Of a DNA stretch of 12,455 bases, positions 6,263 through 12,455 are shown piece after piece (within the stretch, counting starts at the first letter, position 1; the number at the start of each line of letters is the position of its first letter). The translations under genes were made by a program, and so were the position numbers. Source of the DNA: an uncultured Aquificales bacterium (lineage in GTDB: Bacteria > Thermosulfidibacterota > Thermosulfidibacteria > Thermosulfidibacterales > Thermosulfidibacteraceae). The notes below the pieces were generated by a model. It worked only from the letters and a program-made list of their open reading frames with translations, ran no database searches and was not told where the DNA came from. Location of the stretch: positions 4,065 through 16,519 of the forward strand of contig CAYPLO010000038.1 of NCBI GenBank assembly GCA_964411615.1, in the 5' to 3' direction.

Positions 6263-8251
6263 CTACTTCACCATGTGCTTGAGAAGGGGAGCTATGGTAA
6301 GGGAGACTATGGACATGAGCTTTATCAGTATGTTCATGGCAGGACCTGTGGTATCCTTGAAGGGGTCTCCCACCGTATCTCCCACAACAGCGGCCTTGTG
6401 AGCGTCGGAGCCCTTGCCTCCGAAATGACCCGCCTCAATGTACTTCTTGGCGTTGTCCCAGGCGCCTCCAGCGTTGGCCATGAGTATTCCCAGAAGCACA
6501 CCAGAAAGGGTTGCTCCTGCCAGCATTCCACCGAGAGCCTCGGGACCGAGCAGGAAACCGACAAGCACAGGGGCAATAACGGCACTTACACCAGGTGCAA
6601 TCATCTCCTTAAGGGCGTTGATGGTGGCTATATCCACACACCTTGCAGGGTCGGGCTTGGCCTTACCCTCCAGAAGTCCAGGTATCTCCCTGAACTGGCG
6701 CCTTATCTCCTCAACCATGGCAAAGGCGGCCCTACCAACTGCCCTCATGGTCATGGCACCCAATACGAAGGGGATGGCACCACCAATGAACACACCTGCC
6801 ACAACATCCGCCTTGGTAACATCAATGGTCTTCAACCCAACGGTGCTGGAGTAGGCGGAGAAGAGGGCCAATGCGGTCATGGCTGCGGAACCTATGGCGA
6901 ATCCCTTACCTATAGCGGCGGTGGTGTTGCCCAGGGCATCTAAGCTATCCGTAATCCTTCTCGTCTCGGGACCGAGCTCCGCCATCTCCGCTATACCACC
7001 GGCGTTGTCCGCAACGGGACCGTAAGCGTCAACGGACATGGTGACACCTATGGTGCCCAGCATACCCACGGCTGTGAGGGCTATACCGTAAAGGCCGGCA
7101 GCCTTATAGGCGAAGAAGACACCCAGGGCAATCAGAAGGAGGGGCAGTCCAACGCTCTCCATACCCACCGCAAACCCCTGAATAATGTCGGTGGCAGCAC
7201 CCGTCTGGGCGGACTCTGCTATGGTCACAATGGGCTTTCCAGAGGTGTAGTACTCTGTGATGAGACCTATGGCTATACCTACCACCGTTCCTATCACTAT
7301 GGCCCAGAACACGCCGATGGGAAGGCCAAGTCCCTTAGACACCGGATAGGCAAGAAGCATAAACAGTATAGCGGCAACAAAGGTGGAGTAGCGAAGGGCT
7401 GCGGCAGGATTCATGTTCTTGAATATCACCATGCAGAGAACAGCTATGATGGAAGCACAGAGTCCCACCATAATCATTATGATGGGGAAGACCATCCACC
7501 TGAAGGTCTCCTGAGGGGCAAGTCCCATGGAGACGGCTATGGCGATGCAGGCAACCACTGACTCCACATAGGACTCAAAGAGGTCGGCCCCCATCCCGGC
7601 CACATCGCCAACGTTATCACCAACGTTGTCTGCTATAACACCGGGATTCCTGGGGTCATCCTCGGGGATACCGGCCTCAACCTTACCCACCAGGTCCGCA
7701 CCCACATCGGCGCTCTTGGTGTATATTCCACCACCAACCCTGGCAAACAGGGCAAAGAAGGAAGCACCCATGGCGAATCCGTTGAGGACCTGGGGCTGAA
7801 CCTCACCAAATATGAGGAAGAGAACACCCAGACCCAGAAGGCCAAGGCTCGCCACAGAGAGCCCCATCACCGCACCGCTGAAGAAGGCGGTGGCAAGGGC
7901 CCTGTCCTGACCGTACTGGTTGGCGGCAGCGGCGGTCCTCACGTTACCCCTGGTTGCCGCCTTCATGCCGAAGAAGCCAGCAAGGGCAGAGCAGAAGGAG
8001 CCAATCACAAAGGCCACACCGGTCCAGAAGCCAAGGAACAGCGCCAGAAGTACCGCCACCACAATCACAAAGATAGAGACTATCTTGTACTCCCTCTTCA
8101 GAAAGGCCATGGCACCGGCGTGAATCATCTCAGATATCTCGTACATAACCTCATTACCGGTAGGCTGAGACTTCACATAGAGGAATATGAGACCAGCCAC
8201 CACAAGACCCAGCAGCCCCAAAAGCGGAGCATAAACTACCCAGTACTCCAT
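6263..8251 (-). CDS. hppA: Membrane-bound ion-translocating pyrophosphatase, K+-dependent type (Na+ and/or H+ pump)
   Basis: Motifs [72 protein letters not shown] and [17 protein letters not shown] has Ala at the K+-determinant position. Many TM segments; SD GAGGAGGT. Confidence 0.97.
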   Translation of the reverse strand: MEYWVVYAPLLGLLGLVVAGLIFLYVKSQPTGNEVMYEISEMIHAGAMAFLKREYKIVSIFVIVVAVLLALFLGFWTGVAFVIGSFCSALAGFFGMKAATRGNVRTAAAANQYGQDRALATAFFSGAVMGLSVASLGLLGLGVLFLIFGEVQPQVLNGFAMGASFFALFARVGGGIYTKSADVGADLVGKVEAGIPEDDPRNPGVIADNVGDNVGDVAGMGADLFESYVESVVACIAIAVSMGLAPQETFRWMVFPIIMIMVGLCASIIAVLCMVIFKNMNPAAALRYSTFVAAILFMLLAYPVSKGLGLPIGVFWAIVIGTVVGIAIGLITEYYTSGKPIVTIAESAQTGAATDIIQGFAVGMESVGLPLLLIALGVFFAYKAAGLYGIALTAVGMLGTIGVTMSVDAYGPVADNAGGIAEMAELGPETRRITDSLDALGNTTAAIGKGFAIGSAAMTALALFSAYSSTVGLKTIDVTKADVVAGVFIGGAIPFVLGAMTMRAVGRAAFAMVEEIRRQFREIPGLLEGKAKPDPARCVDIATINALKEMIAPGVSAVIAPVLVGFLLGPEALGGMLAGATLSGVLLGILMANAGGAWDNAKKYIEAGHFGGKGSDAHKAAVVGDTVGDPFKDTTGPAMNILIKLMSIVSLTIAPLLKHMVK

Positions 8252-8272
8252 CTCACACCTCCTCGGGCAAAA

Positions 8273-8860
8273 TTAAACCTCTGTTCTCCTGTTACACCAC
8301 TCCATGGCCCTATCTATACCATAAAGGACAAAATCTTCAATACACTTCTGGGCCTTGGCGAAGGAAGATTCCAGTTCTTTAATTTTCTCAGATTTTAAAG
8401 GACTTAGCAGCCACTCCACTATGGCCTCCCTATCCCTCTCCCTGCCGGGTGGCCTGCCGGTTCCTATCCTCAACCTGGAGAAATCGCTTCTGCCCGTCTC
8501 CTCCATTATAGACATAAGGCCACGATGCCCACCGTGCCCCCCACCTTTTTTAAGCCTCACATCCCCCTCCGGCAGGTCAAGGTCATCATGCACAACTATG
8601 AGGGAGTCAAAACCTTCAAGATAGCGCTCAAACCAGAACCTCACACCCACACCTGATAGGTTCATGTAGGTCAGGGGCTTTACCAGAAAGACCTTGCAGT
8701 CCCCAAAGATACCCTCACCGTAGCAAAAAAAATCCCCCTCCAAGGAGAGGGGGATATCCCATGAGGAGGAGAGTCTGTCTATAACCATAAAGCCGAAGTT
8801 GTGTCTGGTGTACCTATAGGCCTCCCCAGGATTTCCAAGGCCTATGATGACCTTCTCCAT
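8273..8860 (-). CDS. pth: Peptidyl-tRNA hydrolase
   Basis: Motifs IGLGNPG, YTRHNFGF, KPLTYMNLSG, HDDLDL and RLRIG. Canonical prs-rplY-pth order. The start is ATG 8860 or GTG 8863. Confidence 0.96.
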   Translation of the reverse strand: MEKVIIGLGNPGEAYRYTRHNFGFMVIDRLSSSWDIPLSLEGDFFCYGEGIFGDCKVFLVKPLTYMNLSGVGVRFWFERYLEGFDSLIVVHDDLDLPEGDVRLKKGGGHGGHRGLMSIMEETGRSDFSRLRIGTGRPPGRERDREAIVEWLLSPLKSEKIKELESSFAKAQKCIEDFVLYGIDRAMEWCNRRTEV

Positions 8861-9456
8861 CACTCAACCAGCTCTTCACCCTCCTCACCCTCAGGGGTCT
8901 CTTCCTCCTCAGGCGCAACGATGGTGACCACAGGCTGCTCCGGGTCCTCGGTTATCTTTATACCCTCGGGGGCCTTTATATCCCTAACAAAGAGGGTATC
9001 TCCCAAGTCAAGCTCGCTAACATCAACCTCAAGCTCCTCTATCATATTCCTGGGAAGACACTCTATCTCTATCTCGTCCTTCAGTATCTCCAGGGTTCCG
9101 CCCTTCTTAACGCCCACAGCCTCCCCAACTATCCTTATGGGAACGGCAAGGGATATGAGCTGCCCGTAGGTGACCTCGTAGAAGTCCACGTGGAGAATCT
9201 CACCCGTTACGGGATGCTTCTGCACATCCTTTATTATAACGTCCTTCTCCCCCACTCCTTCTATGTTCAGCTTCCATATCTTGGCCTCACTCACCTCGCC
9301 CTTCAGATAGTTCACTATACCCTTTGCCACAACGGCTAAGGGTCTATTCCCCAGTTCACCACCGTAGATAACCGCCGGGATATAACCGTTCCTCCTGAGC
9401 TTTCTCGCCTCTCCTTTTCCTTTGCCCTCTCTAAATACGGCCTGAAAGACCACCAT
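8860..9456 (-). CDS. rplY: 50S ribosomal protein L25/Ctc (long form with acidic tail)
   Basis: Motifs GKGEARKLRRNGYIPAVIYG, IKDVQKHPV, ILHVDF and GEAVGVKKGG. ATG 9456 is optimally spaced from SD GGAGG. Confidence 0.96.
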   Translation of the reverse strand: MVVFQAVFREGKGKGEARKLRRNGYIPAVIYGGELGNRPLAVVAKGIVNYLKGEVSEAKIWKLNIEGVGEKDVIIKDVQKHPVTGEILHVDFYEVTYGQLISLAVPIRIVGEAVGVKKGGTLEILKDEIEIECLPRNMIEELEVDVSELDLGDTLFVRDIKAPEGIKITEDPEQPVVTIVAPEEEETPEGEEGEELVE

Positions 9457-9473
9457 CACCACCACCTCCAGTA

Positions 9474-10412
9474 TTATCTGAATAGTGAACTTACAGACTC
9501 CTCGTGGTGTATCCTCCTTATAGCCTCACCAAGAAGGTGAGCGATGGAAAGCACCTTAACCTTAGTAAACTCCCTCTTCAAGGGTATGGTGTCGGTAACT
9601 ATCACCTCCACGATATCAGAACCCTCTATCCTCTCGTGGGCAGGACCAGAAAAGACCGGATGGGTTGCAGCAGCGTAAACCTCAACGGCGCCGTTCTCAA
9701 GGAGGGCCTTGGCAGACTTAACAAGCGTTCCTGCGGTATCTATCATGTCGTCAAGTATGAAGGCCCTCTTCCCCTCAACATCCCCTATAACATGCATAAC
9801 CTCTGCAACATTGGGCTGGTCCCTCCTCTTGTCTATTATCGCCAAAGGCCAACCCATCTTCTTGGCAAAGAGTCTAGCCCTCTCAACGCCCCCCGCATCG
9901 GGAGAGACCACAACAAAGTTCTCCGTCTCCTTAAACCTCTTCTGGATGTAGTCTATGAAGATGGGAAAGGCGGCCAGATTATCAACAGGGATGTTGAAGA
10001 AACCCTGTATCTGACCGGCGTGAAGGTCCACAGTAAGGACCCTGTCGGCACCTGCAGCGGTTATAAGGTCTGCAACAAGCCTCGCGCTTATGGGAACCCT
10101 GGGCATCACCTTCCTGTCCTGCCTGGCGTACCCAAAGTAAGGTATAACGGCGGTTATCCTTCCGGCACTGGCCCTTTTAAAGGCATCTATCATCACCAGC
10201 AGTTCCATGAGATTCTCATTCACCGGAGGGCAGGTGGGCTGTATTATAAAGACATCATCCCCCCTCACGCTCTCCTTTATCTGGACGTTCACCTCTCCAT
10301 CGCTGAACCTGCCCACAAAGACATCACCCAGGCCTATACCCAAGTAGGCGCAAACACTCTCAGCAAGAGCCCTGTTGGCGTTTCCCGAAAACACCTTCAA
10401 TCCAAAAGACAT
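9474..10412 (-). CDS. prs: Ribose-phosphate pyrophosphokinase (PRPP synthetase)
   Basis: Motifs [39 protein letters not shown] and DDMIDTAGT. The start is ATG 10412 (alternative GTG 10418). Confidence 0.98.
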   Translation of the reverse strand: MSFGLKVFSGNANRALAESVCAYLGIGLGDVFVGRFSDGEVNVQIKESVRGDDVFIIQPTCPPVNENLMELLVMIDAFKRASAGRITAVIPYFGYARQDRKVMPRVPISARLVADLITAAGADRVLTVDLHAGQIQGFFNIPVDNLAAFPIFIDYIQKRFKETENFVVVSPDAGGVERARLFAKKMGWPLAIIDKRRDQPNVAEVMHVIGDVEGKRAFILDDMIDTAGTLVKSAKALLENGAVEVYAAATHPVFSGPAHERIEGSDIVEVIVTDTIPLKREFTKVKVLSIAHLLGEAIRRIHHEESVSSLFR

Positions 10413-10432
10413 CTCCACCCCCTTTGGTGCGT

Positions 10433-10460
10433 AAAAAAACGGGGACCTGATGGCCCCCGT
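10433..10460 (-). terminator. Intrinsic terminator after rpsU
   Basis: The minus strand reads ACGGGGGCC-ATCA-GGTCCCCGT (9-bp stem, one G-U pair), followed by a T-tract. Confidence 0.8.
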
Positions 10461-10485
10461 CGGAAGCAGGATGTTACCATGAAGA

Positions 10486-10704
10486 CTAATACATCTCCAT
10501 CTGCTTCATCTTCTGCTGAAGCTTGCGGAGCTTCTTGCGCGCCTTGAGAAGCTTCTTCCTGCGCCTCTGAGTGGGCTTTTCATAATACATGGCCTTCTTA
10601 ATCTCCTTGATAAGCCCCTCCTTCTCAATCTTCTTACGGAGCTTCTTCAAGGCGCTGTCAATATCTCCGTCCACCACAACCGCAGCGTTAACCACTCTCC
10701 CCAC
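10486..10704 (-). CDS. rpsU: 30S ribosomal protein S21
   Basis: The pattern [35 protein letters not shown]...ARKK is typical of S21. The start is GTG 10704 or GTG 10695. Confidence 0.93.
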   Translation of the reverse strand: MGRVVNAAVVVDGDIDSALKKLRKKIEKEGLIKEIKKAMYYEKPTQRRRKKLLKARKKLRKLQQKMKQMEMY

Positions 10705-12385
10705 CTACAGCATCCCCCCTTTCGTAAGCGATTCTGGAGCAAAGGTTATCTATTTTGGAATCAAAGTCAAGCTCGCACAGCAATTTTCTCACCTCCTCAA
10801 GGAGCCTGTCCAGCCCGTACCCCTCAACCGCAGAGACCAGCAACCGCCCCTGAGACTCAAGCAGGTATCTCTCTTCAGGAGACAAAAGGTCCGCCTTGTT
10901 GAAGACCAGAAGCTTAGGTTTGTGGTCTATCCCCAGCTCCCGCAGTGTCTCCTCAACCGCCTCTATCTCCTCCTCCATCCTGGGACTGCTCACATCAACC
11001 ACGTGCAAAAGGAGATGGGCATCCTCAAGCTCTTCAAGGGTGGCCCTGAAGGCCACCTTCAGGTCCTCAGGCATCCTGCGTATAAAGCCCACCGTATCCG
11101 TCAGGATACACCTTCCGAAACCCGGCACCCACAGCACCCTGTTTGTTGGGTCAAGGGTGGCAAACAGCTTGTCCTCCGCAAAGGCATCGGCCCCTGTGAG
11201 GGCGTTCAGGAGGGTGGTCTTACCCGCATTGGTGTATCCCACTATGGAGACCACCGGCACCATGGAGCGTTGGCGCCTCTTCCTCCTCTCCCTCCTCTGC
11301 CTCTTCAGTCTATCAAGCTGGTCTTCAAGGAGGGCTATGCGCCTCTTTATCCTTCTTCTATCCACCTCAAGCTTCGTCTCGCCGGGTCCCCTGCCACCTA
11401 TGCCACCAGCCAGTCTGGACATGGCCTCTCCCCGGCCTATTATGCGGGGATACATGTATCTGAGCTGGGCAAGCTCCACCTGTATCTTACCCTCCCTGGA
11501 TATGGCCCTTCTGGCAAATATATCAAGTATGAGCTGGTTCCTGTCTATCACCTTAAGGTCCGTCATCTCGCTTATGGCGTTCACCTGGGTGGGGGTCAGC
11601 TCCTGGTCAAAGATGAGCATGCTGGCTCCAAGGTAAAGGGCCTTTATTATGAGCTCCTGCAGCTTACCCTTACCCATGAGGTACTTAGGGTTGTACCTGC
11701 TAACCCTCTGAAGGACTCTATCCAGGACCTTAACACCGGCAGACTCGGCAAGCCTGACGAGCTCCTCCATGGAGTAGTGGGCCTCATCCTTGGAACCCGT
11801 ATACACAGAGACCAGAATGGCCCTCTCCTGATACCCATCCGTCTCCCTCAACTCCATAAGGTCTTCCATCTGCTCCTCTAACTCTGCCACAAACTCGGGA
11901 AAGTTCAGGTCCACCTTGGTAGGATGCTCCCAGCTCATGAAGTCCCATCTCCTGCCATCGGGGTTGGGGGGAAGGAGGTAGGCCATCTCCACCCTTCCCG
12001 GATAACCGTTCTGGTCAACATCCACAACCACCATGGCATCAAGCCTCAGCATGGCAAGGTCCGTCAGGTCCTCGGTGTCTATACCTTTGCCCTTGAAGTG
12101 GGTGTGTATGCAGCGGACCCCCTTGAGCCTGCCCGGCGCATAACGGAAGTAGGATATATCGGGAATAACAATCCTGTGCCTATCCCCCACTATCACATGG
12201 GTGATGCTACCCCTTCTATCCACGAGAATCCCCACCTGCCTTCCGGTGGAGTGGGATACCTGACAGAGGGCCCTTGCAAGCTCTGGAGTGATGAGCAGGT
12301 CCTTGCTCCTTCTCCGGTAGAGCCTCTCAAGGGCTTTTACATCGCTCTTTTGAAGGCCTCTAAGCTCACCGAATACCCTGCCTAT
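10688..12385 (-). CDS. hflX: Ribosome-splitting GTPase HflX, long N-terminal form (about 565 aa), probable ATA start
   Basis: G1 GYTNAGKT, G2 KLFATLDPT, G3 DTVG, G4 NKAD, plus GIGGRGPGETKLEVDRR and ILDIFARRA. The frame stays open and family-like for 50 codons upstream of GTG 12235 (VFGELRGLQKSDVKALERLYRRR...ITPELARAL). It reaches an ATA at 12385 placed 5 nt after SD AGGAGGT. Confidence 0.95.
   Translation of the reverse strand: MGRVFGELRGLQKSDVKALERLYRRRSKDLLITPELARALCQVSHSTGRQVGILVDRRGSITHVIVGDRHRIVIPDISYFRYAPGRLKGVRCIHTHFKGKGIDTEDLTDLAMLRLDAMVVVDVDQNGYPGRVEMAYLLPPNPDGRRWDFMSWEHPTKVDLNFPEFVAELEEQMEDLMELRETDGYQERAILVSVYTGSKDEAHYSMEELVRLAESAGVKVLDRVLQRVSRYNPKYLMGKGKLQELIIKALYLGASMLIFDQELTPTQVNAISEMTDLKVIDRNQLILDIFARRAISREGKIQVELAQLRYMYPRIIGRGEAMSRLAGGIGGRGPGETKLEVDRRRIKRRIALLEDQLDRLKRQRRERRKRRQRSMVPVVSIVGYTNAGKTTLLNALTGADAFAEDKLFATLDPTNRVLWVPGFGRCILTDTVGFIRRMPEDLKVAFRATLEELEDAHLLLHVVDVSSPRMEEEIEAVEETLRELGIDHKPKLLVFNKADLLSPEERYLLESQGRLLVSAVEGYGLDRLLEEVRKLLCELDFDSKIDNLCSRIAYERGDAVGGESG
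10743..10770 (-). promoter_or_regulatory. Putative sigma70 promoter for rpsU inside the 3' end of hflX
   Basis: The minus strand has TTGACT (10770-10765), a 16-nt AT-rich spacer and TAACCT (10748-10743), about 40 nt upstream of rpsU. Confidence 0.55.
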
Positions 12386-12417
12386 GCCCCACCTCCTGTT
12401 GGCTTTTCTCTAATCTA

Positions 12418-12446
12418 ATTCTATACTCAGCCACCCGGAGATGGAA
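12418..12446 (-). promoter_or_regulatory. Putative promoter for hflX
   Basis: The minus strand has TTCCAT (weak -35), a 17-nt spacer and TAGAAT (12423-12418), 20 nt upstream of the SD. Confidence 0.35.
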
Positions 12447-12455
12447 GATGAAGGT

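Noticed and set aside
8313..8340. Possible hppA promoter inside pth (TTGAAG-N16-TATAGA, minus strand)
   Set aside because: The -10 lacks the conserved final T, so the match is too weak to call.
9504..10547. 347-aa plus-strand ORF
   Set aside because: It is the antisense shadow of prs and has no family motifs.
10589..11881. 430-aa plus-strand ORF (and 10896..11636, 11924..12418)
   Set aside because: These are antisense shadows of hflX, explained by codon bias of the real gene.
12340..12360. Possible frameshift near the hflX 5' end
   Set aside because: A base-by-base recount shows the frame is continuous (GGC CTT CAA AAG AGC GAT), so no frameshift is needed.
12366..12392. 8-codon out-of-frame mini-ORF (GTG GGG CAT ... 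TGA) overlapping the hflX start
   Set aside because: Its GTG lies within the SD itself and has no properly spaced SD of its own, so there is no support for a leader peptide.
12441..12455. Possible start of a divergent plus-strand gene (GGAG...ATG AAG GT at 12448)
   Set aside because: Fewer than three codons are visible at the window edge, so it cannot be supported.

Overview
Gene-dense bacterial chromosomal window. The Glu/Lys/Arg-rich proteins and frequent AGG/AGA/ATA codons suggest a thermophile (inference). The left end has the 5' start of a GT4-like glycosyltransferase (-), divergent from a sigma70 promoter driving tRNA-Ser(GGA), the small SRP RNA (ffs) and a class II aldolase-family gene (+). 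The minus strand carries two blocks. Block 1 is hflX (long N-terminal form, apparently starting at a non-canonical ATA codon), rpsU, a terminator, then prs, rplY, pth, hppA (membrane pyrophosphatase) and a terminator. Block 2 is a tightly coupled six-gene operon: tandem DUF4388/PATAN-like protein, MglB-like Roadblock protein, a two-TM HAMP receptor with no output domain (Af1503-like), MglA-like small GTPase, purB and nfi. A divergent 89-aa helical protein sits just beyond a 9-bp inverted repeat. The most notable items are the kinase-less receptor/Roadblock/Ras-like GTPase module (conservon-like), the ATA-initiated hflX, and a K+-dependent membrane PPase carrying both the Na+-type and the plant H+-type gate glutamates. 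No mobile elements or CRISPR arrays were seen.
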